DNA of 63,852 bases, the filler included, from Microthyrium microscopicum (taxonomy: Eukaryota): NCBI GenBank assembly GCA_010405405.1. It is 17 parts of 6 records of this genome, joined end to end, with 100 filler letters (N's around TTAATTAATTAA, not from the genome) between each part and the next. Parts side by side here need not be neighbours in the genome. Positions count along the whole stretch, not along the records: positions 1 to 2,114 come from MU004234.1; positions 2,215 to 5,650 come from MU004235.1; positions 5,751 to 14,641 come from MU004235.1; 14 more parts are not named here. The stretch is one strand, 5' to 3'. The position numbers and the translations under genes are program-made. A model generated the notes under the pieces. The model was given only the letters and a program-made list of their open reading frames with translations. It searched no databases and was not told where the DNA came from. Numbering within the stretch: position 1 is the stretch's first letter; every line of letters begins with the position of its first letter. Below, piece after piece: positions 1 through 14,641 of the stretch.

Positions 1-2114
1 TAATTAAAATAACTAAAAGTTAGGAAACTACTATTTACCTCCTTTTATACTACTAGCTAGTTTTTCTTAACTTATACTAAAAAACTAGGATTAATAGTAA
101 CTTTCTTATTCTATACTAGCTTATATATAGTAATTACTACTAAAGTAGATTAAGCTATAGCTATTAGTCTTTTTAATATATTTTTAATAAAAGGCTATAT
201 TTATAATAATAGAATGTATTTATAATAATAAAATATATTACTAATAATAAGAACTAGTAATAGTAAGAGATTATATTATTAATAAAAGGATAATCTTTAG
301 TTAAAAATATATATATATTAATAAGAAGAATATATTAAATTAAGAAGAAAATAAGCTATTCTTTATAGTAAATAAGCTCTCTATTAATATTATACTCTAT
401 AAAAAAGATAGTTAGAAATATTTTATAGAGTTTTTAGATAAAAGCTATTATACTAAGCTTCTAAGTTAAAGTTATCTTTTAAGCTACTATAAAAGATAAT
501 TAAACTAATTAGTTATTATATTACTTTACTATATTAGTTAAAAAGAATATTAGATAAGTTATTAGTATAGAAGGTAGCCTAAGTATTTATAAAGGTAAAA
601 GCGCTATAATTTAAAGAGTTTTATTAATAACTACTTTCTACTCTCTTAAATATTTATTTATTTTTATTTTAAGTATTACTTAACTTATATTAAAGTATTT
701 CTTTAGCTAAAGTAAGAATAGGTCCTTTACTAGTAAATAAAAAGTTATATTAACGTACTTAATATTATTAGAAAAGGATAATTAGTAGAGTTTAGTAACT
801 ACCTTAATAAATTAGAATAAAGAGTTTATAAATATTAAGAAGATTCTTTCTACTAATTTTTTAGCGCTTTATCTAGTAAGTAATCTTTTTAATACTATTT
901 TATTATTATATCTTAAGAAATTAATAAATATTAAGTATATAATATTATAAGATATTATTTTTAATTAAGGTTTCTACTATTTTTATCTATTTAGTAAGTT
1001 TAGACTTAGCCTTTTTATAAAGCTTAGTAAGGAAGCTATTAATAATTTCGTTATTAAGCTAATTAAGTAGTTTAAGAGTTTAAAGGTTTTTAATAATAAT
1101 TAGAGTTCTACTAATATTTAACTATAATATCTACTATTAGAACTACTTTTTATAAGGTAAATAGTACTAAAGCTACTTTTAAGTACGCTACTCTTACTAA
1201 TAATTATAAGATTAGTAGTTAGTTTATACTTAAATTTATAATAAGATTAAGTAAATAAAGTATCTACGTTAACTAGTTATACTTATTAACTACTAAAAGT
1301 AAACTACTTCTTAAAGTATTTCTACTACTAAGCGCTAAGATTAAACTATAAAGTTTACTAAGTTCTATAAGTTTAAAAATTATTAAATTATAGTTTAGAC
1401 TAGTAATTTACTTAGTATAATAATATTAATCTAGTAGACTCTATCTAGTAAATATTAAACTAGTTATTTAATATCTTAAAATAGTATTAAACTAGATTAC
1501 TATATATAACTAGGCCTATAAAAAAGATTAGTAATTATATAAAGGATTATACCTTTATTAAAACTTTTTTACGTAGAGTTAAAAATATATATCTTAAGCT
1601 TTATTTAGAATATCTTATAATTTATATAAACTACTAGAGTAGTATATATATTTCTAAGAAATTTAACTTATTTCTATATATTACTCTTTATTTTATTCTT
1701 AATACTAAATATTAAGTTAGTATAGAGTTAGTATAGAGTTAGTCTAGATTAGTATATAGTTTAAATACTAGCCTAAGGTTTAAATATTAGCCTAAAGTTT
1801 AAATATTAGTTTACCTATATATAGAGTTAGCTTAGAGTTAGCCTAGAGTTAGCTTAAAGTTAGCTTAGAGTTAGTTTAGAGTTAGCTTAGATTTAAATAC
1901 TAGCCTAAGGTTTAAATATTAGCTTACCTATATATAGAGTTAGTTTAAGGTTAGCCTAAAGTTAGCCTAAGGTTAGCTAAGAGTTTAGAGTATTAGAAGT
2001 TTAGTCTAGTTAATTTTTTAAGTATAGTTTATTAAATAATACTATTAATATTATATACGTTATTATTATTTATACTTATACTAGTATTATTTCTATATAT
2101 ATTCTTAATCTATT
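1..2114 (-). mobile_element. RIP-degenerate fragment of multicopy element family A (Ulp1-bearing end), reverse orientation
   Basis: The reverse complement aligns by eye with ~19440-21151, 37130-38802 and 60650-62598. Differences are almost all C/T and G/A transitions. Confidence 0.9.
318..1100 (-). pseudogene. Ulp1-like SUMO protease (peptidase C48) domain relic, copy 1
   Basis: Same reading frame and motifs as 37755-38537 (WLNDEIIN, HW, YDSL, QxNxxDCG after reversing RIP changes). Confidence 0.8.
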
Positions 2115-2214
2115 NNNNNNNNNNNNNNNNNNNNNNNNNNNNNNNNNNNNNNNNNNNNTTAATTAATTAANNNNNNNNNNNNNNNNNNNNNNNNNNNNNN
2201 NNNNNNNNNNNNNN

Positions 2215-5200
2215 ATAAAGTTAAAACTAAGCTAGCTACTCTATCTAAGTAATATCTTATACTTTAGTACTTTAAGTATAAAAAATATTTTACTAATATT
2301 ATTACTTATTAAGATAGTATATTAGAAAGATAATATAAAATAGCTCTTAATACTAAACTTTCCTAACTTTATAAATTATATAAAAGACTTTATTTTATTA
2401 ATAATACTACTATAGGTCTTCTATATATAATACTTATTATTATAGCTAAATACTTTTATAGTTTCTATTCTATTAGCTTTTAAAATACTAGCTATAAAAG
2501 TAAGTTTTTTTTTTAGTATTTATATAAAAGTAGCTTATTATTTACTATAAGAGTTAAGACTTTAGTTATATACTAATAGAATATATATACTATAAAAAAT
2601 TATAGATATTAGATAAGGTTTTTAAAATAAATAATTATATATCTAGTAATAGAGCTACTATTTTTAAATTATTAAGTAAAATACTAAAAAGAATTTTAAA
2701 TATATAATTACTCTTAATAATAATAAAGATTAACTTAATACTTATTATACTCTACTTTAATATTTATTATTACTTATACTATTATTTATATATTTATTAG
2801 TCTTAGTTATTTCTAAATAGATTACTTTTATTTTAAGCTTACTACTTAAAAACTAGTTCTTTACTATTACTTTTATTATTATAAATAATTAATATATTAT
2901 TAAAAAATATCTTTAACTAAAGTAATTATATATTTACTTTATTTATTTAGTTTATATTATTTTATAATAGACTTATACTACTAAAATATAAAGTTAGAGT
3001 TTATAAAGTTAATAATAATACTATTACTTCTTAAGATACTTAAGTAAGGCTTTATAACTAGCTTTAACTAGCTTTACTACCTATATTTTAACTAACTTAT
3101 TTAAGATAATAATTATAATAATATTAAATTACTAACTCTTTTATTAGTATAAGAGCTATATTTAGTATAAAAGTAATACTTTTAACTTAATATATATTAT
3201 TATAAAGAAAAGCTACTATTACTTAGCTTTCTTAGAAAATATTATATTTAGAAGCTATTATTACTATATATAGCTATATTACTTTTTTTTTTTACTTATA
3301 TTTCTAAAGTACTCTAAAAGTTTAGAAATATTTAAAAAAGTACTTTAGATATTTATTACTTAGTACTTTTTCTTCTTTATAAAGTCTACTTTATATAAAA
3401 GAAAATTAAAGATATTATAATAGTACTTAATATACTATCTTTACTTCTATTATTATAAAAGTTACTTTTATAGTTATTATCTTAGTCTTTCTATATTTTT
3501 ACTTTAACTACTATAAAACTTACTTCTACTATTACTATTTTCTTTTTTATTTTTATTTTAACTATTATAGAATTTACCTTTACTATATATTTTATATATT
3601 CTAAAGCTTCTAATATTTTAGTTAGCTTTATAAGTAAAACTATAGAGTTATATTAAAGTTTAAAAGTAGTAAGAAAAAAAGAGATAGAAATAAAAAATAT
3701 AGCTAGACTATTATTAGAGTTACTAAGTAAATATTAAAAGAAGTATAATTAATAATAATAATAATAATTATTAATTCTTTCTTTATTAACTTTATCTTTA
3801 TATTAATTACTATAGAATTTATCTTTATAGCTATTACCTTTTTTTTATTAAACCTATTTTTATTTTAACTATTATAGAATTTATTTTTATAACTACTACC
3901 TCTTCCTTTATTAAACTTATTTTTATTTTAATTATTATAAAATTTACTTTTATAGTTACTACTTCTTTCTTTATTAAACTTATCTTTACTTTAATTATTA
4001 TAAAATCTATTTCTATAGTTATTATCTTCTTTTTTATTAAACTTACCTTTACTTTAACTATTATAAAATTTACTTTTATAATTACTACTTTTTTCTTTAT
4101 TAAATCTATCTTTATATTAACTACTATAGAATTTAATTTTATAGCTATTATAATTATTATAGTAAAATATAAAGAGCTTATTAAGTTAAAGAATATAAAA
4201 GTTAAAGTAGTAAAAAAATAAACTTTAAGTAAAAATTATTCTTAATTATATTAAAATAATAAGTATTTAAAAATTTAGTAGTTACTAAAGTAGTTATTAA
4301 GATATAATAATCTTTCTTTCTTAGTTAAAATAGTACTCTTTCTAAATCTTTTTTTTAACTTTAACTTAATTTAACTTTCTTTTTCTTTTTTTACTTTATT
4401 TTCTATTTAGTTTAAGTATAAGAAAAGCGCTTATTAAAGTTATTTTAATAGCTTTTATATAATATAATATTAAAGTACTATTATACTTAAAAAAAGATAT
4501 TTCTTTATAGTTACTTAAGACTTTAAACTTTATATATAAAGTAAAAGAAACTTTATTTTTTTATATTATAAATACTCTTTATATAGATAATAGGAAAGAT
4601 TAATAACTAAGCGTAAATAACTTATTTCTTTTCTTTATTTTACTTTTTATACTTACTTAGTTTTTTTAAATTAATTATATAATATATATACTTATTTTAT
4701 AATCTCTTTCTTTATAATAAATATAATAAATAGAGTTCTAAGTAACTTTTACTTTTTTAAATTAGTAGTAGATTATATATATTTATATATTTATTTACTA
4801 TAAGAGTATAAAAAAGTTATAAAGCTTTATTCTATTTATTATTTAGTTAATATTATACTATTATATATAGTAAAACTACTTTCTATAGGCTTATATTTAT
4901 TAAAATATAGAAGTAGCTATATAGTTTTATATAAGTAAATACTATTTCTTATCTATATATACTTAATAAGTAGTTTTAGTTATATATAGTATATAAATAG
5001 TATATATATAAATATTTAATATAGCTATATAACTTTTATATTATTAAAGTTATAAATATTAGGTAGTTTAGTAATATATTTATTATTAATAAATAGAAAG
5101 AGACGTTTTAAGTATACTTTTTTAGATTAAAAGTTAACTAAGTAGGTTTACTATTTCTAAACTATAGTTAACTTAGTAAAGTAGTTAAGGATGTAGATTC

Positions 5201-5650
5201 TTAATACTAAGAAGTATTTATTAATAAGATAATTTCTTTTAAGTAAACTAAGTAAAGTATTTAACTAACTTTATATTATATTATAAAAGAAAAGTAGATA
5301 TCTTATCTTAAAAGAATTCTTTATTAAGCTAGTAGAATTATAATAGAGTTATAAAAAGCTAAGAAATTACTTTTAGCTACTACTCTCTATAATAAATATC
5401 TTAGTAGCTATTTAGTTTATATTAATTAAATTAATATTTAATACTAGCTATAATAATTAGCTAATCTTTCTTTAATTTCTTAATATATTTTTTAACTACT
5501 TTTACTAATCTAATATAAATATAGCTATAATTAAACTAGAAAAAGTTTTTTTATTTATTATAGCTAATTTATAATAGTTTTATCTTAATAGTAGCTTATT
5601 TAGCATTTTAAAAATACTATACTAGTACTAAATTTATAACTTCTTATATA
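2215..5650 (-). pseudogene. Heavily RIPed coding-like relic of unknown identity, with a 63-bp tandem repeat
   Basis: RIP dinucleotide signature and protein-like de-RIP reading on the minus strand. No diagnostic motif found. Confidence 0.3.
3775..4150. repeat. 63-bp (21-codon) tandem repeat, ~6 copies, with related partial copies at ~3460-3590
   Basis: The motif tatag/aaattt recurs at 3811, 3873, 3936 and onward with a 62-63 bp period. Confidence 0.85.
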
Positions 5651-6027
5651 NNNNNNNNNNNNNNNNNNNNNNNNNNNNNNNNNNNNNNNNNNNNTTAATT
5701 AATTAANNNNNNNNNNNNNNNNNNNNNNNNNNNNNNNNNNNNNNNNNNNNGAAAAATACTTATTACTATAATATAAGCTTTCTTATTTTAATAATTAGTA
5801 TACTCTTATTAACTTAAGAATAGCTACTTTTCTTAATAATATTTATTAAATTACTAAGTTTTTACTAATATAAGAATTATAAAGATACTAAACTTTTAAC
5901 TCTAGCTTTGTATAGTATTTTTTAACTATATTTATTATAAAGGAACTCTTTTCTTTATTATAGAGAAAAAGCTTATATAGGACGCTACTAAAATATCTAA
6001 GAAAATATTTAAAAAAATCTAGTCTAT

Positions 6028-7642
6028 TTACTATTACTTTTATTATTATAGTTAACTAATATATTATTAAAAGTACTATTACTTTATTTATTTTTAATAT
6101 TATTACTACTTTATTTAAGTACTAAATATTCTAAATATAATAGAAATTACTAGTAAGTAACGTTCTTATATATAGTAATAATCTTTAGATAACTATTATT
6201 ACTCTAAGTATCTAATCTACTTATTTATAAATAGAGCTTAAAGTAGTTCTTAGCTACTTTTTTAACTAGTTAAGAGTATAGATATATTTATTAATATAAT
6301 TACTTAACTTAATTATAAAGGTAATATATAATTTACTTAGTAGAATATAAAATATAGAAATAGTACTATTTTAATTAGAAAAGAAAGGTTATTACTTCTT
6401 AGTAACTACTTTAGTAATTACTAAGTTCTTAGTTATAACCTTAGCTTTATATAGCGTTCTTTAACTATATTAATTATAAGCAAATCTTTTTTATTATCTT
6501 AGAAGAAGAGCTTATATAAAACGCTACTAAAATAACTAAAAAAATATTTACTTACTTAATACCTCTATTATATTACTTAAGTATTTTTATTTAGTTTAAT
6601 AACTATATAATAATACCTTTATTAAACTAAGAATAGTAAATAAATCTCTAACTTTACTAATTACGTAAAAAAGTAAGTAATATTAAATAATTAAAATAAT
6701 AACTAAGCTACTTTTAACTTAATTTATATACTACTTACTATTAATTTTATTATTATAGTTAACTAATATATTACTAAAAGTACTATTACTTTACTTACTC
6801 TTAATATTATTACTACTTTATTTAGGTACTAAATATTTCTAAATATAATAGAGGTTATTAGTAAGTAATATTTTTATATATAGTAATAATTCTTAAATAA
6901 TTATTATTACTCTAAGTATTTAATTTATTTATTTATAAATAAAGCTTAAGGTAGTTCTTACCTACTTCTTTAACTAATTAAAAGTATAGATATATTTATT
7001 AATATAATTACTTAACTTAACTATAAAGATAATATATAGCTTACTTAGTAGAGTATAAGATATTAAAATAATACTATTTTAATTAGAAAGGAAAGGTTAT
7101 TACTTTTTAGTAACTACTTTAGTAATTACTAAGTCTTTAAATATAACTCTAGCTTTATATAGCGTTTTTTAACTATATTAATTATAAGAGAACCTTTTTT
7201 ATTATCTAGAAGAAAAGCTTATATAGGATACTACTAAAATAACTAAGAAAATATTTATTTACTTAATACTTCTACTATATTACTTAAGTATTCTTACTTA
7301 GTTTAATAGCTATATAATAATACTTTTATTAGATTAGAAATAGTAAATAAATCTCTAACTTTACTAGTTACGTAAAAAAGTAAGTAGTACTAAATAATTA
7401 AAATAATAACTAAGCTACTTTTAGCTTAATTTATATACTACTTACTATTACTTTTATTATTATAGTTAACTAATATATTACTAAAAGTACTATTATTTTA
7501 CCTACTTTTAATATTATTACTACTTTATTTAGATACTAAATATTTCTAGATATAATAAAGATTATTAGTAAGTAATATTTTTATATATAGTAATAACTTC
7601 TAAATAACTATTATTACTCTAAGTATCTAATCTACCTACTTA
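6028..7642. repeat. 707-bp tandem repeat (~2.3 copies; diverged partial copy at ~5880-6010), truncated by LTR insertion
   Basis: ctatta(c/a)ttttattattatagttaactaatatatt starts at 6031, 6738 and 7445. Confidence 0.9.
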
Positions 7643-7869
7643 TATAATAATTCCTCTTTATAGGCTTTATAGTAGTATTGTAAGAGAGATTTTATTATAA
7701 GATTACGCGCTAGACCTAAAAGGGTTAGTACGCCTAAGGATCTACTAAGCAAACTTACTTCCTTTATAGATTTATAGCTCTTCTAAATCTTCTTCTCTTT
7801 TTCTCTTATTTATAAATTCTAGAATATAATCTAATTATTTACTTACTCTAAGTTTTATAGCTTATTATA
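7643..7869 (+). repeat. 5' LTR (~227 bp)
   Basis: Inverted ends tataataa...ttattata (RIPed TG...CA). The first 68 bp match 14574-14641. Confidence 0.85.
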
Positions 7870-8479
7870 TAATTTATAAACTATTTAATTATCTACGTAC
7901 TTATACTATATACTCTAGAATTTACTTCTAAAGAAGTACCTATATAGATTAATATTCTATATATATAGTCTTAGACCTTATTAAAGATCCTTTATAGATT
8001 TACTAAATCTATTAGCTCTACTAATCTTTTATCTAATTAAAGTATTAGGATTCTTTAATACTTTTTAACTTATTAATAGTCTAAGTATTAATTATTTTTT
8101 ATCCTTAGTTCTATAGAATACTAAAGTTTATCTTTTATACTATTACTAAATATCTATAATTATACTTAATATACTTACTATTAAAACGCGCTAAATAAAT
8201 AAGTATTTTCTTCTAGTACTTTTCTTTATTATTTATAACTATAGCTAATAAGGCTCCTAACTAATAGACTTAAGTTAATAGCTATATAGCCTACTTACTA
8301 TTCTTAATTACTTATACTTAGCCTAATAATTAGTACCTATTCCTATCTCTTATATACTTACGTTACTTATCTTCATTATATTACTCTTTTGCTATATATA
8401 CTAAGTATTAAAGTAGACTTAATACTTAGGATATAGTATAACTAGATACTACTTAGAAAGTAGTAGATTTAGTAGAGAG

Positions 8480-10310
8480 CATCTTAGAGCTATTAAAATT
8501 ACTAGAACTAGACTTAAGAGCGTTATTAGAAAATAAAGATAAGTTAAAAGATAATTATCTATTAGAATAAGGCTATAAAGATAAAAAAACTAAAGTATTA
8601 AAAGATACTTCTTAAAATACTAGTTAAATAACTTTACTAAACTAAATAAATATAAGAGATAATTAGTTACTAGCTCTTTTCTAACTTAATAATAATACTA
8701 GACTTTCTTTTAGAATATATAAATAGCTAATAGAACTATACTAATAAGCTAAAGGCTCTAGAGTATTACTTATATTAATATCTTACTACTCTATAGTAGT
8801 AAACCTTAATTAACTAGTTACTTTAACTATTAATAAAAATTCTCTAATCTTTTAAGCTACTTAAGTATAAAAGATACTTAGTAAAGAAAGTAATAAGCTA
8901 AAAGACGTAAGAGTATATCTTTATTATAAAGAAAAGTAATTAAACCTTTATTACTACTCTTATTATCTAATTAAATTAGGTATAGACTTAGAACGTCTAT
9001 TAAAAAAAGAGATTACGTTAAATAACTTAGTTATATAGCTCTACGCTTTATTATTAGCCTTTTAAATTATAGTCTACTTCTTTAAAATTAAGTAGAATAT
9101 AAATGCTTATAATATAAATTTAATCTATACTCTTTAGGAAGAAGTTTTAAAAGCTTAAGAAAAAATATAAGACTTAGCTAAAACTAATAATAAATACGTA
9201 AAGTAGATTACTTACCTTAAAACGTAAATTTAAAATAATACTATTATCTTTAAGGAAGTAGTAACTATCTACTAAAAAGTATAAGAGCTATAATATAATA
9301 ATAATTTACTTAAGAAAGTACTTACTACCTATATTAATAAGATTAGTAAATACTATAAAGCTTTATAGAAGAAGGTAGATAAAGCTACTATCCTTTAAGC
9401 CTAAGTTAATACTCTTTAAAAGAAACTCTTAGCTACTAAGATAACTAATCTCTATCTTAATTATAATAAGTTAGTAAATAATAATCTATTCTACTAAATC
9501 TCTCTAACTTAAGATATAGACTAACTTAACTTAAATATACTTCTAAGGGTACTAAACTTATATTAAACTACTTCTTTCTCTAACCTTAACTTAATTAATA
9601 ATACTTCTCTTCTTAAAGTATAGAGTAATAAGCTTTTACTCTTCTTAGAAAAAGATAAGTAGAAGTACTATACTTAGAAAAGTAAAGTACTAAACTATTT
9701 TAATAATAATATATAAGTCTATTTTATAGAAGCCTTTAAGATCTAAATTATCTAAGGAGTAATAAAGGATTAAGCGTTTAGTACTATTAATAAGTAAAGT
9801 AACTATAAGTTACCTAACTTATATTTATCTATAGTAGAGATATAGTCTAATCTAGACTATAAGTATAGTATTAAAGATAACTATATTACTACTAAGACTT
9901 AGCTTAAAAGTTAAGAAGCTATAATAAAGCTTACTAAGAAGCTTAAATAATTCCTAGCTTACTTCTTAAAGAACTTACAAGAGGCTAAGCTTAGTAATTA
10001 AGATAAGATTATTAAAATACGTCCTCTTCTACTTCTAAAATTTATAAAGAGAGTACTTTTTATAAAATTAAAAACATTTATAGATTTCCTTAAGAGCTTA
10101 TATACTATTACTTATTATATTAAATATATCTTCTCTACTAATTTGTAAAGCTATAATAATAATAATTATCTAGTAGCTAAGAGTAGTAAATAAAAACCTA
10201 AGTTTAACTACCCTTTAGATATCTATAATACCTTAAAGGCTAATAATTATTATATAAAGTATAGAGAGAAAGGCTATAGCTATTAGTATAACTTAGTACT
10301 ATATAAGAAT
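8480..10310 (+). pseudogene. gag: Gag relic with C-terminal zinc knuckle (boundaries approximate)
   Basis: De-RIP reading C-V-K-C-G-E-K-G-H-x8-C at ~10250-10305, upstream of the protease. Confidence 0.7.
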
Positions 10311-10809
10311 AAAGATACTTTATTAAATACTAAAATCTAATTAAAAGTTATAGCTATTATTATAAAGTTTACTACTATCTATAATTAAATTACTACTTAA
10401 TCTTCTTAGTTTCTAACTATAGAGAATAATTATAATAAGTATAATTATAGTAATAATATAAAAAACTAAAAGCTCCTTTATAGAGACGCGTAAAGGAGCT
10501 AAATAAGTAAGAAGTATATAATTAGTAATAAAAGAAAGATAAACCTAACCCTAAGCTAGTTTTTATAGAAGAATAAATCTAATATAAGGTTAATAAGACT
10601 ATCTAGTACCTAGAAGTTAACCTCTAATAAGTATTATTCTTAGAGCCTATTATATTTAATAATACTAAGTTAACTATTATTAAGATATTCCTTACCTTTA
10701 TAGTATATAATTTCTATCTTTAAGAAGTAGCTACTATATCTATAGTAAGTAATTAGTAAACTACTTATAATACTACTTTCTTTCTAAAGTAAAGCTACTA
10801 CTTAAAAAT

Positions 10810-13800
10810 TAATATCTTTATAAATATAGAGAGTAGAGTAATAGGAATTATTTACTCTAACTTTATTAAATAATATAGAATTCCTACTATTAATCTTTCT
10901 ACCCTCTAAATTATATAATTAGCTAATAGTAAAGCTATTATAAAGGTTAATAAAGCTACTATAGTTAATATCTATTTAAGAGAGTATATTAAATAAATTT
11001 ACTACTTTATTATAAATGTAGCTAGCTATAATATTATTCTTAGTAACCTATAGATTAACCTCTATAAGGTTACTTTTAAAAAGGAAAAGAAGTAAATTCT
11101 TTTTAATTTAGACTACTACTTAGTATATTACCTACTAGCTAGTTACCTAATCTTTATAGATTATAAAGGCTATTTAGTTAACTTAACTAATCCTTACTTT
11201 AAGAATATTATTATAGTTAGTATTACTACCTTTATTAAACTATTAGAATAAGGCTAATAATTTAGTAAAATCTAGCTTAATAATTTTAAAAATAAAAAAG
11301 ATAAGAAACTTCTAAATCTAGATTCTATACTAAAAGAAGATATTACTATTAATTTAGGTAAGATCTTACCTAAGAACTTTAAAAAGTAGTAAAAGAAGTA
11401 TAATAAACTTTTCTTCTTATAAGAAGAGATTCTTAAATGCTTACTAAAAGAATATTATTATTATATAGATATTTTTAACCTAAAATTAGGTAATAAACTT
11501 ATACTATACTATAGTAAATAGAATTACTCTATTAATATTATCTTAGATACTATAATTCCTAAATGCTACTATAATAGTCTAGATTATTAAGAATTTCTTA
11601 TTATTAAATAATATATTAATTAAATACTTAGTTAAGATTAAGTTTAGGCTAGTAANNNNNNNNNNNNNNNNNNNNNNNNNNNNNNNNNNNNNNNNNNNNN
11701 NNNNNNNNNNNNNNNNNNNNNNNNNNNNNNNNNNNNNNNNNNNNNNNNNNNNNNNNNNNNNNNNNNNNNNNNNNNNNNNNNNNNNNNNNNNNNNNNNNNN
11801 NNNNNNNNNNNNNNNNNNNNNNNNNNNNNNATATCCTAATTAATTATCTTAATAACTTTATTATAGGCTATATAGATAATCTATTAGTTTTTAATAATAC
11901 TAAAGCTAGCTATACTACTTATATTTACTTAGTCTTAGAAGTAATAGATAAAGTAGAATTATACTTAGATATCTAAAAGTATAAATTTAATACCTAATAA
12001 GTTAAATACTTTAGCCTAATTATTACTATATTAAAATAGATCTAGAGAAGGTTTAAAGTATAGTTAATTAGTAATATTCTTCTTTAGTTAAAGACGTTTA
12101 AGCTTTCCTTAGCTTTACTAACTTCTATTACTAATTTATTCTTAAATATTTAAAGACTATAGTACTACTAATAGTACTTATAAAGAAGAATGCTATAGTA
12201 ATCTTTTCTTAGAACCCTAATAAGCTAGAGAAATATATATTTAAGAAGCTAAAAATAGACTTTATATTTACTAAGATATTATACTACTTTAATTATACTA
12301 AAGAAATATAGCTAGAAATAGATACCTTAGATTAGGTTTATACTATAATTTTTTTTTAAAAAGATAAAGATAGAAAGCTTTACTTAGTTATATACTTCTT
12401 AAAGAAGATAACTCTAGTAAAATATAATTATAATATTTATAATAAAGAACTTCTAGCTATTATTTATATATTTAAAGAATAAGAACTAGAGCTATTTAGC
12501 TCTATTAACTCTATTTAAGTATTCTCTAATTACTATAACCTTTAGACGTTTATAATAATAAAACGTCTCTCTTAATAATAAGCTAGATAGGCTAAGTTCC
12601 TTTCTTAGTTTTACTTTAAGATAAAGTACTAACTAAGTATAGCTAATAAAAAGGTAAATATTTTTACTTATTAGTTATAAGATATTTTATAAAGTAATAA
12701 TAATCTTTATATCTTTTAATAAGTTTAACTTTTACTATTTCTATACTAATTTAATATAAATTATATAGTAAAGCTAGCTATATTACTTATTAAACCTACT
12801 TGCTTCTTAATACTATACTTAACTACTATTACTTAGAATAAGTTAGATATTTCTAATTCTATAGGTAAGCTACTTAATCCTATAGGAGAGTCTCTTAGTA
12901 ATAATAAGACGCCTAAGAGTAAGCTACTTAATCTCTTAGGAAATAACTTATTTCTAGATTTTAATAGCAACTAGTTTTTATAGAATATTATAAATATAAT
13001 AAAGTATAATAAAATAATAATTACTATTTACTATACTAAAACTAATTACTAACTCTTTTTATCCTTTAGTACTTTAAAATAAGAGTAAATTAAGCTTAAA
13101 GACTATATAGTAGTTATTAATAAAATAATCCTTTATTATAACTAAATCTTTATCTCTTAAGGAAAGCTTTAGTACTACGCTATATAGAGTATATATAATT
13201 ATAAAGCTATAAGCTATAGTAAAGTAATAATAACTTACTACTACTTATAAGAAAATTATTAGTAGCCTAAAATATTATAGAACGTTAAGAGCTTTATTAA
13301 GAGCTATAAGTATATATTTACTAAACTAGTTTACTAAAAGAAGTAAGGCTTCTTATAATAGTTCTCTTTCCTTAAGCGTATATAGTTTAATATTTCTATT
13401 AATTTTATTATCTTATTATCTTATTATTTATACTAAGGTATAATTTACTAGTATATTATAGTAGTTATTAACTAATATATATAGACCTAATACTTTATCT
13501 TACTACTAGACCTCTTTATAGACTTAATAGTACTAGCCTTTATTAACTATATATAGAAGCTTATTAGCTAGCTATTAATAATTCTTTTAGATTATAGTAG
13601 TTAATTTACTTCTATATTCTAAAAGTACTTATATAAATATATAGATATAATATTCTACTTTAGTATAGCATTTTACCTTAAAACTAATAGCATAATAGAG
13701 ATCTTAGTTACTATACTTAAGTAATTTTTATATATATTTATTAACTAGGATTAAGATAACTAGGTAGCCTTTTTACTCTTTACTAAATTTATAGTTAATT

Positions 13801-14510
13801 CTACTATAAACGCTACTATAGAAGTTATACCTTTTAAAGCTTAAAATAGATTTAACTCTTAATTAGGCCTTAAGTCTTTATATTGCCTCCTAAAACCTAT
13901 AAATGCTTCTATAGTAGCTAATAAGGAAGCTATTAATATAGATATAATATAGAAGGGTTATACTAAGATATATAATTATCTAATAAAGTAATTAATCTAG
14001 ATATAAGCTTAGTAAGTAGAGTATACTAACTATTACTACTATATAGCTTTAGACTTATTACTAGGCAACTAGGTTTACTTAGATATATAGAACTATTCTA
14101 CGTTACGTCCTTTAAAAACTCTAGATAATAAGAATATAGGCTCCTTCTATATAATTAAAAAGATTAATACTATTACTTATAAATTTAATCTCTTTACTTC
14201 TATAAAAATATATAATATCTTCTACGTCTAGGTTCTTTACTATATTATAAATAATACTAAGTTACTTAAGTATACTAACTTACTACTAGTAGTTATTAGA
14301 GAGACTATAAATAATAATAAATAGTCTATTAATACTATTATTAATAGCTACTTTACTAGTTAATATAAGAAGCTATAATATAAGATTAAGTATACTAGTT
14401 ATAATAAAGCTAAATAATATAATTAGATAGTTATTAAGAATACGCTAAAGCTTATTACTAAATTTTACGCTTAGTATCTTAGTAAGCTAAGTTTATATCC
14501 TACCTAGATA
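10810..14510 (+). pseudogene. pol: Pol relic: aspartic protease, reverse transcriptase, RNase H, integrase, chromodomain (boundaries approximate)
   Basis: De-RIP motifs: VDTGSGA (~10820), YDVILGNPW (~11030), YMDDLLVF (~11870), ETDASD and NYDIYDKELLAI (12315-12460), DISIDFI / STAFHPETDG (13390-13690), and chromodomain WSVDAIVDSR...LQYKIKYTGY...EFHARYPGKPGP (14320-14500). Confidence 0.93.
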
Positions 14511-14573
14511 CTACTAATACTAGAGCCTACTAGTAGTAGTATTAATTATAATTCTAATAGTATTCTTACTAAT

Positions 14574-14641
14574 TATAATAATTCCTCTTTATAAGCTTTA
14601 TAGTAGTATTATAAGAGAGATCTTATTATAAGATTACGTAT
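14574..14641 (+). repeat. 3' LTR, partial
   Basis: Matches 7643-7710 apart from transitions. Confidence 0.9.

Larger units (their letters stand above)
7643..14641 (+). mobile_element. Ty3/Gypsy chromovirus LTR retrotransposon, RIP-inactivated (3' LTR cut by scaffold end)
   Basis: Direct LTRs start at 7643 and 14574. Domain order gag-PR-RT-RNaseH-IN-chromodomain is readable after de-RIP. Confidence 0.95.

Noticed and set aside
2159..2170. Recurrent TTAATTAATTAA palindrome as a biological motif
   Set aside because: It is always centred in 44+44 N, so it is an assembly linker.
2215..3400. Copia/Gypsy protease-integrase in this scaffold
   Set aside because: No DSG/DTG, HHCC or DDE motif could be placed consistently in one frame.
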